Positions 25,064-37,417 of a DNA stretch of 64,000 nucleotides are shown one piece after another (position 1 is the stretch's first letter; each line of letters starts with the position of its first letter). The notes beneath the pieces are model-generated. The model ran no database searches and was not told the origin of the DNA. It saw nothing but the letters and a program-made list of their open reading frames with translations. The position numbers were made by a program, and so were the translations under genes. The stretch covers positions 372,001-436,000 of the forward strand of contig JALMLS010000420.1 of NCBI GenBank assembly GCA_038496445.1. The letters run 5' to 3'. The stretch is from Trichosphaerium sp. ATCC 40318. Taxonomy: Eukaryota > Protista > Tubulinea.

Positions 25064-26320
25064 ATGCTAAGTGTACGCACCCTTTCTTGTATTATTTTGG
25101 TATGCAGTATAGCCTCCACAATGGGTTATGCCCATATGAAGAGTAATGCGGCTGATCCGTACAGTGGTCCTACTTGGGAACAACAATCTGCTGATTCGAA
25201 AATGAGCACACTTTGGAAGGACTTGACGGCTGATACTACTCCTCTACCATGGTTTTCTACCGTTCTAATGGCTGAACTATTCATCGAGTCTATGAACGTT
25301 ACATTCGATACAGTCGCTGAAGATCTACCAAAACAAGGTACCGTTTAGTAGTTTACGCAAGGCATTTTTGTTTATCTCGTCAATAACGTTTCATTATCAC
25401 GTGACTAACCTTTTACTAAAAGGTCTTTTACATACGGACAGGCATAAATTGATTCACACCGTTGGTGGTATTAGTCAGTGTGTATGGGAACCTGTTGGTA
25501 GCCATAACTACACTGGTATTTTCCAAAGTGGAGCTGATAACGTTTTATGCCGCTTGTCTACCGCCGCGAAACCTGTACCAGGAAATTACCCGCCAGGTCT
25601 TAGCGTAAAAATATTGATCGATGGTAAACCATCTGTTAACGTAATGGCAATGTACGTCAACATAATAATCATTACAAAGCTATTTTGTTTCACTACTGGA
25701 CACGTATCTTCAAGTTTAAACTCGCTTTGTTTTGCTTTCGCGTACCACTTTGTCTGATATTTGTTTATTTCAGGTACTCTTTGACTGGCCAAGATAGCTA
25801 CAACTTCTTTAAGCACGATCTTACCAACCACGTACCAACACTTGGTACAGCTGCTACACTAGCTGAAAAAGCTCTACTCCAAAAATTCGAAACAGCTTCA
25901 GCTTGGCCTAACATGCTTGGAGTCAGCACGTGGTCTCAACATGATCAAAAAGGAAACGCTGTCGCTAAACCAAACTTCCCTTACCGTCTTATCTTCCATC
26001 CTGCATTAGGAGTACACAATAAGTACCCAGACAGTGACCCAGGCATTGATTTGCCAACACAGCTAGAGACGCTTCAAAAAGGAAAAATCTACGATGTCTA
26101 CGCTCAAGGTGCCCCATTTGCTACGCCAGAGATGATTGCTACACTCTCTGTTACTTCTGAGATGACTGGATCGAACTTTGGAGATAAAAAGCTATTTTAT
26201 CAGCATGTCCGAATGGAAAACGATTTCGTTTTTCATCCAGAATGGATAAGTAGTGCATTCCAAATTACTAGATCACAACAATCTGTACCAAAATATGTGT
26301 ACCCTGATTTACCATGGTAA
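25064..26320 (+). CDS. Secreted catalase-superfamily (catalase-like heme) protein (3 exons)
   Basis: Signal peptide, then RHKLIHTVG (distal-His-like), CRLS, PGLSVKILIDGKPSVN, NFFKHDLTNH, FGDKKLFYQH. Confidence 0.7.
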
Positions 26321-26624
26321 ATGTTGTTTGTGTGTTGCGTTAGAGTCACATACACATTACTTGGTTTGAAGTTCGACCCAACGCTCACAAAGTCAATAAA
26401 TATTACCTTCCCATTTTTTCCAGTTTATCCTCAAAGAGTTAGCGTCAACAACACGTGGTGCGAGAAGACATAAAAGATAAGTCACCTAATGCGTTACACC
26501 AAGCACATGCAACATTTGTGCCTTATATTTGTGATAAACTAAGGCTGGTTTAATGATTACTTCTCAAAAACAGCAAACCTAGAACTTACAGCCTCAACTT
26601 TTTTTGTTAATTTTTAGATGTTTA

Positions 26625-29600
26625 TTATTCTACTTCAACAAAAAGTACTGCGTTTGGTACAAGACCTGAGAGGATTTAGTTGGTTTAAAGAAAAATAAAG
26701 AGAAATAAAATGGTAATGTACCTAGATCTTTAAGATTTTGAGATGACTCATCTGGACCAAACAATCTCTTTGGGTAATTTGATACAAGAGAAAATTTTTC
26801 ATATTTTGTTTCATATGCATCAACAAAGTCCATGACAGATGCAAGCGTATCAGTGTGGTAAAATAGTCTTTGTATACGATTCCCATTACTTAATCGTATA
26901 GCTATCTTTGTAACTGCACCCTATAAAATACGTTACCAACGGAGGACCTTGAAAAAGTAAATTACATTTTCTTTTTTAGCTTCATCAGGTAAACTTTGTT
27001 TTTTCTTCTCCTTTGCTTCCAGAACAGCCTACATAATAATGAGATATTAAAAAACAAAATAAGCGTATTAATACATCATCTAAGACTTTGGTTTTAGCTT
27101 TTTTTGCGTCTGCGGTTGAGCTGTCTTCATTCTCTTCTTTTTTCCTTGAAGTGAAAATTAGTACAATGTGAAAGTGTAATTCTTACTCTTTGGTATCATC
27201 TGATGAATTTTCGTCTTCCATATCAAGAGGTGGAGCAAAATCGACTTTGACATCTACATCTGTAATACGAACAGCACGAGCAGGTACACATTCTAAGACA
27301 TCAAACTTGATTATTTGCCCTGCAAATTCAGCATCAAAAACATCTCCAACAGTCAATGCAACAAATTTCGGTAGAATGCTCTCAAGCCATGCTACAACAG
27401 GTCAGAAGCTAGATATCTTTATAATATAGCACCTTTTGGATCCGGCACTTTAAGGAACTGTTTAGAGTGCGGTTGTAGCTTCAAGAATTCGGCACGAGGT
27501 AAGTTGACTTTTCGTACTTGTACCTTTTTGAATTTAATGGCTAAGCTGTTGGTAAATCTTATGTACGTACTATATCTCCTGGGTTTATAACAAGGCGCTC
27601 CATTAACCAAAGGGGTATACCAACTTCTCCATCTGGTGCTGTAAACTGCGTGACACCACAAAATGTCCTTTTTGTCTTTAAAGTCGAAAGTTCAAAAATC
27701 TTATAGTGTTAGAAGAAAGCAGTACTATATCTTATGTACCATCGGTCCTGACGCATCTTTGTCAACACCTGTAGCTCCGTATCCCCCTTTAGTAGAGCTC
27801 GAACTACCGATTGATGGAGCTCCAAAACGGTGGTGCATTGGTAGCGTCTTCATCTTTCCAGCTAAAGCTTCTATTGCTTTTGTAGGCAGTATAATCTTTC
27901 CTGCTTTATCAGCATCTTTCCCACCAATTGATATGGCCGGTACAGCTTTATACCTCTCCCAAAAAGAACTGACTGTTGCAATTTGGTCATGGCCAGTAGC
28001 ATTCATATCCACACGAATACCTCGCTGTAACGTCTATTAGCTTGTAATAAAAGGGGAACAGTTTTTTTTAGGATGTTATTTTTTTAAATTACTAGTGTAA
28101 GTGTACCTTTGATATTGATGCTCGAATATCACTCAGTAGATCTTTCATAGTCGTTGTTGGTTCCCAGATAGATATTTGTGACTTTTCAATTTCCATTGAT
28201 ACTGAGAGTGGCCGATTTTCTTCTAAAGGTACAGAGGACGATGTGGAAAGTGCGGGTACACCCATGTCAAATGCGTTTGTATTTGATACCTTGCATACAG
28301 GCTGAACTATTCTAAACTGAGGTGGGGCGTCAGGAAAGTCCCTCGAGATACGTTAGGAACCACCAATTAAAAAAATAAGAGCACCTTGGGAATTTGGCCT
28401 ACAAGAAAAGTTAACATGATACTTTTTTTTCTTTTTTTTTTGTTTGTTTAGTGTACCTCAAAAACAATTGCAGTCTTCTCCCATGACGCTCCTTTTTTAT
28501 CTGAAAAAAATGTTTCTGTAGCTGTAAATCCATTCTTGTTATAATATGTTGCTAGATCTATGCCCAAAGTCGATAAAGTGTCAAAACCAAAAAGAGCAAT
28601 CGCCCACTTGTAAAAAAAAGAAGTAAGAAAGATAGAAATACAGCTTCCTCTAAATACTTTGCCAATAGCTTAAATATATCTACGTACATGGTATATATCG
28701 CCTTCTATTGGGCATACGTAAAATCCAAGCTTATCTGTGTCTGCGTCATCAAATGATTTGATCTCTTTTAACAGCCTTTCGAACGCCTGAACAAAAAAGT
28801 ACTGTTAGCACAAGTTGTATCTGTAGTTCTCATTGTACTGCTTCTCTACCAATCTTTGGAGTGTAATGGGCGTGTTTATCTTCACTGTTTGTCTCTGGCC
28901 GGCCTCTAAAAGGTAAATTAGCAAAATCAAGCTAACAGGCACAAAATCAGAGAAATGGTATTAAGACGAACCTAGATTTAGGTATATACTTAGCAAGTTC
29001 ATCTGGAGGAGATCCACCTCCAAGAATCTCGTCTTTTACTAATAACATAGCATTAAAAGTTCCTTCTAACTCTACAAGATAATGGTTAGAACGCAATAAA
29101 AGAATACAGGAACAACATTGGTTTTTCTTATCAATGTTGCTTGTACCTCGTTTATTTTTGACTCGCCACATCCATTCTTCAATTTCGTATGGCTTGAATC
29201 CATCACGTTTAAGAAAAGCTTCTAAGGGAGAAAGCGTGTTACAGGGTCGAAGAAACAAGCTGTTATTTTATAAGTTTAAAGCGCACCTATTGCGGGTGCA
29301 ACTGTTTCTGTCCATTCCGTTTGAGATGGGTTTACCTAAGAGATATATAAGTATTAACAAGATAACGTTGTCATACCCAAGTTTCATCAACAGCTAGATC
29401 GCCTTTGTCTCCTTGTCCGGCTGGGGGTGTATAACAAGTCACCTGGTGGATGTGAGTTGGATTTCAGTTTACAATACGCGTCATGCTATACAACATACAG
29501 GCTCAACAGGTGGTTTGGGAATCTCAGGAGGTGGCATGGGTGGGTTTTTACTCTTGTTGGAGTGATAGCGAAAGCATATCAAATTGAATACTTCTGACAC

Positions 29601-30482
29601 TGTTGCTGGGTTTCCTAGTAACCTACGTTCCTGTATGACACTATTTGTGTCTGTTATATGATCTTGAAGTGACACGTCTTTGGATTGAAGCATCTAGAAT
29701 TCAAGTAAACTTCGAAACAAACAAGACAAGTCAAGCGAGACATTTTTGAGAGTTTTTTTTAGCTTTTTCTGTTTACCACTGGTGTTGTCCATGTCTCATC
29801 AAAGATCATTTGAAATTCTCTTACAGGGTATCTGTCTAAGGAACAGTATACTGTAAAATTCTGAATGAAAGATTTTGGTTAAATTGAGAAACGTTTCAAA
29901 TAAAAGAAAAAGCATGTCAAATGTACTTCTTCGTTTAGCTCTTTGAAGACTACTTTCGCGTAGGCATTGTCTCCAATCCACTTATAAATATCTGAGCGAA
30001 GCGCTGTAAGCAGAGGATTGTCTATTCATAGTTAGGAGTAGTTATAGCTCCGTCGTGCCTGTGGTTATCGAGGCTGTATTTGACGGCGTAGGGAGCGAAT
30101 ATGACGGTATTGAGGGCTCTTTTGACTATTTACAAAGTAAGTTGAATTACAGTTATCTGACGTGCCGTAAATAGCGCAGAATATGCGTTTGACAATACTT
30201 TGAGAAGGTCTGCCGTTTGACATTGTTGTGTTTGTAAATGTCTATTAACGCGTGTAATCCATTCACTCAAGCCTTGAGAATCCGAACATACAAACTACAG
30301 CTTATAAATAAGCAAACAGTAATAAATTGTACCATAGGTTGCCAACTTTGATCGCATAGCACTTGAAACGGCTTATCCTCTACAGTGAGCAATACTGTAT
30401 AACTTGTACTATCCACTGTGATTAAATCGTACTGCTTGTTTTCGGAACACCAAGCATTGAATGCTTCGTGTACTTTTTCCAT
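26625..30482 (-). CDS. Multidomain ubiquitin/p97 adaptor: 2 RWD-like repeats + UBE2Q-like pseudo-E2 + UFD1 + UBX
   Basis: Phase-consistent exon chain. E2-like: RLLKEIK...FPRDFPDAPPQFRIVQP. UFD1: AGKIILPTKAIEAL, FCGVTQFTAPDG, LPRAEFLKLQPH, ITDVDVKVDFAPPLD. UBX: IAIRLSNGNRIQRLF...LVSNYPKR...LKDLGLVPNAVLFVE*. Confidence 0.8.
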
Positions 30483-30735
30483 CCTCTAATCCCGTTTTAC
30501 GCTAGCACAAGACCAATGCTTCAAATCGGTCTCAAAAAGTAAGCATTCATTGAACAGGAGCTCCTGTTGCACTGTATCACGTAGGATTTTGTGGTTTTTG
30601 ACGACTGTGTTGTAGTTTTGTTTCTTTAGAGTGCAACAGATGATGTCCATTACGCCAACTGTATTTATATTCATTACATACGTAAGTACAAGCTGCGTGA
30701 TTTCTCGTTTATTTTTTTCTTTTTCTTTTTGATGG

Positions 30736-32873
30736 CTAGAGAATGCCATCAACTATTGTTTCCAGCTCAACTCCTATCTTCAAGAAGTCTACAATTAATT
30801 TATTCCGATTCTTTGTTGTCATGAATTCAAACAATCTATCGCTATCTGCATTAGGGAACATACACTCCCAGCCGTTCCTTAACGCAAAATAAGTCAAAAA
30901 ACCAGCAAGCAACAAGTAAACATGACGATCTCTACGTACATGCGTAATCGCTCAAACTGCGTATCTAGGATTGCACTAATATCACCTACACTGAGCTGAT
31001 GTACAGGGAAACTGAAATCTTCAGGATTCTTATTTCCTGCTTCAACATCCTCTTTTCTATCAAAAAAGAAATGAGCTTTATCTCAGCAACCTTAGTTACT
31101 GCTACGTACATTTTTATGATCTTTTCGTGTACTCTCTTTGTTGCCTTGTAGAGTTTTGGTAATTCTTTTCTTTCCACGTCTACTAGCTGTAATAGAGAAC
31201 GTAACATATTGCGCTTAACCTTAGTTTCAAGAACAGTATGTGGTTCAAGGTTAGGAGCATGGTTTACCTTTGAAATTTAGTGTTAATTACAGTACTATCA
31301 GTGTGCGCTTACTTCTAGAAGCCAAGGCTTCATATCTTCGTCCACTAATACATCAAAGCCTTTAGGCAGTTAAGATGACACTTAACTTAGTATACTACTA
31401 ACCTAATAGCTCAAAGCCATTGCTGCGACGAGGTACTTGCTTTTGTACAAAAAAACTGACTTTCTTTTCTACAGCAAGCCAAGTCTTTGTCATAATGTCT
31501 ATTAAACGAGTTAATGAGCTGTATACAGGGTATTTTAACACCAAGTAAAGACACTCTACGTGCACAATAAACGAACCTTTAATCTCGTTCCAAAGCTTAT
31601 CTACGTCATGTCCTTGGCTCTTTAAGCGTTTCCATATGTACAAGATGTCACTGCACAGCAAATGTAAGTACAAGGCATAAACCAAACATTTTGATTTTAC
31701 CATCGAAGTCCGTCATGGTCAACATCATCCGAGACTTTTTCATTGAAAGATTCCTCATTGAATTTATTCACATCAACGTTTGTGAGATGAATGTAAAGCT
31801 TGAGTGCCGTGGTAAATAATTAACGTAAAATAGAAGCAAATAATACCTTGTCAAAGGACTCCAAGTCGACAGTGTAGCTGCACAAAGGCGTCAATCATAG
31901 ATACGAAGTTGTATTTTTTTCAATGTCAACAAAATAAGTGTTGAGGATTTTTGGCACTTACCGCTCAGAACAAATACGAGTGAGACCATTTGGAAATACG
32001 TATAAGCGTAATGGATCAAAAGATGTTACTACAACGTAAATTCTGAACGTTATCTTGTAACCATCAAGCAGTATTGGATTAAGAATGTATCTGTTAAAAA
32101 GATTATTGCCGCATTCAAATAAAACTGTCTTCTACGCACTTCTGGGCAACTGGAGTCATTTTTTGAATGTACTCGCTATTGACATCTACTTGGGAAATAT
32201 CTGTAATACACTTAATGCCCGTACCCTATGCCACAGTGAGCATAGGTTTGTTCGAAAGTAAAACAATAAATAAATAAAAATAAAATTCAATAATTCTCGT
32301 TTGGAACATTACCATTGCATATCTTGATGGCTTGAGAATATAAGGTAGAGGGCCGCCGTGCTCCTCATACATTTTTTTAAAAGCATCGAACTCGTCTGGG
32401 AGGTAATAACCTTGAGGCCAAAAATCATAGTGCTATAAACGATTAGAGATACATATTTTGAGCTTGGTAATACCTCAGCTCCTTTTAGCTTTTTGATCGC
32501 GACCATGTTTTTATGTAGCAAATGCTTTATGCATAATTCTGGCATAGCAGGTAAGAAGTTAGCCTTTTGATGCGGTTTAAGGCTTTTTAGTTCTTCTGAT
32601 GTCATTTTCATAGTCCAAAACAAATCGCATATTTCTAAGCGTTGCATTTAGCGTCACCAACGCTAGATTGAGCGTGTACCGGTAGGCGCTGTACGTGGTA
32701 CCCATTTAAACCCTAAACGCTCTAATTCCTCTCTCACAATACGTGGGCCTCCAGCTGGATACCTTTTGAGTGTTGGTACGAAAAACAACTATTTTTGCGT
32801 ACTTTCCGCGTGTCTTTACGATCAACGGCTTTTTACCAACCTGTTCTTCAGCTTTTGGGGTAGTCTCAGCCAT
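30736..32873 (-). CDS. Tubulin-tyrosine ligase-like (TTLL) polyglutamylase-type protein
   Basis: [91 protein letters not shown]. Ends ETIVDGIL*. Confidence 0.92.
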
Positions 32874-33722
32874 TTTGCAATACGCAAACGCGTAGTCAAA
32901 CTATCTTCTTTCTGACCCGAAAGAAACTACGCAAACGTTATTTCCCACCATCGAATATAAATATGGTAATGTAACTAATCAAGTACAAATCTAGGGTATT
33001 ACAAAATATAACGAGTTTTCTGATAAGATTAAAAACGTGATTTTTACGTTATTTTACAATATGTGCAAAGCTCTTACCAGGGTACTTTTGAGTTACATTG
33101 GTGCTAGTTGTATGGTACATAAATAAGAGTAACTCCACCAGATGAGCCATCCCACAATTTTTTTTTACTTGCAAGTTCACTGTTTAAAAATCGGTTGTTG
33201 CTCTAATTCAATGGAGGTGCACCAGTAACAGTGTTTCATCGATGAAACTCATTCTACCCCAAAACAAACAAACCCCAACAACCCCCAAAGCTAAAAACAA
33301 AACTTATACTTCGACCGCCTCGTGTGGTATTGGCAAAGGAATGCTTGATAAGTAATCAAGTACCGGCGCCTATTGTATCGGACTGACAACACCAGCAGTC
33401 TGTACAATCAGTAACACTGTGCACAATCACCTTCTTTTTGTATTCTTCCACAGCACATACGTCGAGAATGCGAAACTTTAAGACAGCATTAGAAAGGCGT
33501 CGTTGTATCCAATTTTCCTCTTTTTTTCTGACAGCATCCACTACAAAAAAACTAATAACAACACGTAATGTGTATGGCCACCGTTACGAAGCTCCTACAC
33601 TACCACTAACACGCAATTCTGTCACACAAACAAATCAATGTGTCAGTTTGATAGGCTACCCAATTCTGCAGCGGTGACTTAGGACGTATTAAGTTATATT
33701 GATGGAGATTTACTCAACCAAA

Positions 33723-34905
33723 ATGTGGTGCGCCAGGCTTGCCTTGGTGGTGCTCGTTGCTTCTCTTTGTACCATGGTACTCGCTAGTCCAACCATCATG
33801 CTGGAATTCAGACAGCGCAGCCTACAAAAATTCTCTCAACACCGTTATGAGTATACCAACACCTTGGTAAGTTGTCAGTAAATAGAAAATTACAAATGTA
33901 AAATTATAACTCGTTATACTATCGTTTATGGCTTTATTAAACATACAACAGTCGTAACAATGACATGCCCTAATTTAACAAATTTAGAGGGAACTAGATC
34001 CGTCAACAACTGCCATTCTACTGACAGACATTTGGAATAAGCATTGGTGTACAGGGATCTCAGAAAGAACCGCTCCTTTGGCTGTTAAAGCGAACGCTAC
34101 AATCGCCGCTGCTCGTCAGTTAGGTACGCAATTAACGGAAGGTTATAAAACGGCAGTTCACCATCAAGCCTCGCTAGATTTTCCATCAACTTTTTTACAT
34201 CCTTACAAAACAATTAAAACACTTCGTAGGTATGCATATCATACATAGTCCAGCGTCAGTAGTAGAATATTACCAGGATACATTCATCAGATACCGTACA
34301 CTTAAACTGTCTTCCAGTAACGCTACTTGCTCTCCACCAGCTAAATCAGAGTGCGTTCTTTGTAGAGATTTGAGAAAAAGATGGTATACTAATGCCAATA
34401 TACGCGTAGATGGAATCCTCCTGGCTCTCCTTTCCCAAGCTTGCCAAGCGCTTGTGATACAGGCCAAACACACAACTACGTGGCATGGTATAGAGAGAAC
34501 GAGCTTGTCCATATTGACGAGGAGTACGACTACCTAGTAGACGCAAACAATGAACAAGAAGTATATTGTGTATTCAACAATCTCGGCATTAAAACAATAC
34601 TGTATTTGGGAGCTGCTTCTAATATGTGTATTGAAACACGTGCTGATGGTATGTACAACACAAGAAGATGGGAATACGATACAGCATTGGTACGGTTCAA
34701 AGAAGGACTTTTTTTTTTCACTTTTCGATCACCGACTCATGTTTTTTAGTTTCGTGATGTTACAGACTGCGCTTACTCCCCAGAAGATCCACCTTACTTG
34801 AATAAAGACGAAGTCTGTGAAATTCAAAACAAGTTTATCGAAACGTTTATTGGCACTTTGGGATCGCTTTCGTACTACGATATTATTGCACCAAATGTAG
34901 TTTGA
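33723..34905 (+). CDS. Secreted isochorismatase/nicotinamidase-like cysteine hydrolase
   Basis: Signal peptide, then TTAILLTDIWNKHWC, AARQLGMHIIHSP, GIKTILYLGAASNMCIETRADG (nucleophile Cys), RDVTD...PEDPPY. Confidence 0.8.
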
Positions 34906-35139
34906 GCAAATAAAGCAAACAGCTTGGTTTTCAAGCCTTAGAATTACTTGAAGCTTGGCGTATACTATACTGTGTTATGTTTGAACGCGTGCGAGCTGTT
35001 TGGTTGGAGCGTTTAAGCCACGTCAAAAAAAATGACGCAATTACTTATTGTTCGTAAGGCGCATTAGCTACACCTGGAAGCGTTGAAAATCTGGTCTCTA
35101 AGCATACCGGTGTAGCGTTTACGCAATCTCCGAGGAAAA

Positions 35140-36192
35140 ATGATAGCTGCGGGTAATGAAGGGCAGTTTAAAATTAAAGTAGGCATTGTAGGAGATTCCG
35201 GTGTTGGTAAGTAACATATTCAAGCAAGAATTCACCCTTTTCGCGCAGGAAAAACCTCGCTCCTCACTAAATACGTTGAAAATCAGCTACACCCTGTAAG
35301 ACCGAACTTCAATCTTAGTTGCATGGAAAAAACAATACGCATTCGATCAGTTTCGATTACTTTTGCAGTGTGGGATATTGGTGGTAAGAAATCGCGCGAA
35401 GAAATGATGCCATTAGTAGTGCAAAAGGCTGTTGCTGTAATTTTTTTGGTTGACTTATCTCGCCCAGAGACGATTAAAAAGTACGTAAAACGCATTATTA
35501 ATGCATTTTCTAACGCGTACAAACCCAGTGTGCGCTATTGGTACAGAAGAGTAAGGTCGGTCGAAAAAACATTTTTTCCTGTGTTGGTGGGCAACAAATG
35601 GGACTTATTTATGAAGCTACCGCTAAATAGGCGTATACAGATGGGCAACAAGGTATGTATAAATTATTTTTTGCCACAGACGGACTGCCAGCGTTCAAGT
35701 TCCAGAATGTTCGAAAAAAAAATTACCAAAACAAAAACTTTAACCTTTTACAGTTCTAACATTTTATTTTTAGATTATAAAGTACAGCAGAGCCATGAAG
35801 GCACCGTTGGTATTCTCCTCATGTTCAATGGGCATCAATGTAAAGAAAATTTTCAAAGTTATTCTAGTACGCGCATTTGGGCTTAAGAGTAACTTACCAA
35901 GTAACACAACGGATATTGGTACGTTATGGAATCATTTATATCTTTTTTTAAGCGCTAGGAAACACAGGAAAAAAAAAACAAAAAAAAACGTTTTATGGAA
36001 CCAAATCTGCTTTAATTTTTCCTCGCCTGTCTGATTTATTTTTTGCTAGATGCACCATTGGTATCACATCCTAAAGCACCAAAGAATTACTTGGTGTACC
36101 CTGTTTTTAGTTTAAAGCACTTGTGTGTTGACTATGTGCGTAAAAATAGAAGGCTTTTCACATTTGACACATTGCCTCTTGAACTTGCGTGA
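35140..36192 (+). CDS. Spg1/Tem1-like small GTPase (divergent) with C-terminal BC-box/SOCS-like motif
   Basis: KVGIVGDSGVGKTSLL, MEKTIRIR, WDIGG, MMPLV, DLSR, LVGNKWD, AMKAPLVFSS, INVKKIFK. Tail VFSLKHLCVDYVRKN...IDTLPLEL. Confidence 0.82.
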
Positions 36193-36462
36193 GTTGGTGT
36201 CAAGGGCTTACTAAGTCGCGCAATCAAACAAACAAAAAGAAAATACTAGATGTAAAATAAAACCTTGTACTATAATTATTATTATGAAATAGCAAAATAT
36301 GTATTCAAGAAGCACGTGAGCTGGCTTTTTACTTTTAGTGTTTGGATTTTATTCACCTAAGCCTCAGCATGCAGTTTCAGTTGTAAGGTGTTGGCGTTGG
36401 TGTCCCAGAACTTGTGTAATCACTCAATAAAATATGAAGCGAAGGAACAAGTGACAAGAAGG

Positions 36463-37058
36463 TCACTCAAGAGAGTGTGTTTTTTCAAAATTTGCTGCGG
36501 ATGCAAGTAGTTTGTCTATTGTCTTGCTTTGTAGAGAGTGAGGCGGATTCCATGCTATCCATTCGAATCCCTTTACAGTTTATGTTAGTTAGTTATGACG
36601 GTAAGCTACCAAACCTTGTGTTCAGTCAAACTGATTGTGACATCTTGTTGAAGCAATGCCATGCGGATTTCAATTGTTTTTTCTACTTTTTCGCCACCAA
36701 ATCGCTTATAAATAGGATAATATACCTCCTGTGTTCCGGTTAATACCATTTTCGAACGTTTATCGTACTTTGTAAACAAATCCTTCAACTACTTTAACAT
36801 TTGACTGTTTAATGCCTGTTTCTTCTTCTAGTTCGCGAAATGCTGTCGTAACCTCAGTTTCGCCAGCCTCCATGTGACCTATTGTCTATTATTCGTAATA
36901 TTATCTTAGTCGTTACCTTTTGGAAGATCATAGCGTCTAGGATGCTTCATAAGAAGAAATTCCTTACCACCATCCGTATTTCGAAACAAAAGGAACCCAC
37001 ATGATTTAACAGCCTTCATCTTGCCATCAGCTGACCTTCCAACGTGAATCTTTGACAT
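36463..37058 (-). CDS. Nudix hydrolase, bis(5'-nucleosyl)-tetraphosphatase (Ap4A hydrolase)-like
   Basis: SCGFLLFR...FLLMKH...DLPKGHMEAGETEVTTAFRELEEETG (Nudix box), LTEHKGFEW. Three introns. Confidence 0.88.
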
Positions 37059-37221
37059 GTAGCTGTTACCTTGGCAAAGGTTGTCTGAAACTGCTGACTT
37101 TTTTTATGTTATTTCACCGAATTTTACTGCCGCGTAGACCGCTGTTGCATGACGTTCTCTTTTAAGAAAAATAGTTGATATTTCATGTAAGTATGCCATT
37201 ATTTCTTGTTATAACTTTATT

Positions 37222-37352
37222 ATCATGATAACTTAGATTGAACGCTGTACTGGTAATTATTTCAAAAAAAAAATATCAAGCACGTGATAACAATAAGTTT
37301 GCTTTTACACTTAGCCTTCATAGTACCAGCACATAGTTCATCTCTTCATGAT
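37222..37352 (-). promoter_or_regulatory. SECIS element (type II-like) in the 3' UTR of the AhpC-like selenoprotein gene
   Basis: Minus strand: TGTGCTGGTA-CT-ATGA-AGGCTAAGTGT-AAAA-GCAAACTTATTGTTATCACGTGCT-TGAT...TACCAGTACA. Pattern is ATGA, 11 nt, AA, 27 nt, GA. Lower helix is 10 bp. An AATAAA follows at 37216-37221. Confidence 0.8.
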
Positions 37353-37417
37353 ATCCTAATGTACTTAGAAGAAAAAATACGAAAGTGCAACTTATACCTC
37401 GCTCTTGAGGCAAGAAA

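Noticed and set aside
30482-30752. Apparent operon-like coupling, with ORF 30486-30752 ending 3 nt before the next ATG
   Set aside because: The TTLL frame actually stops at 30736, so ORF 30486-30752 is mostly UTR or intergenic sequence.
33356-33677. Short Cys-containing ORFs between the TTLL and hydrolase genes
   Set aside because: No recognisable family and no convincing start or exon chain.
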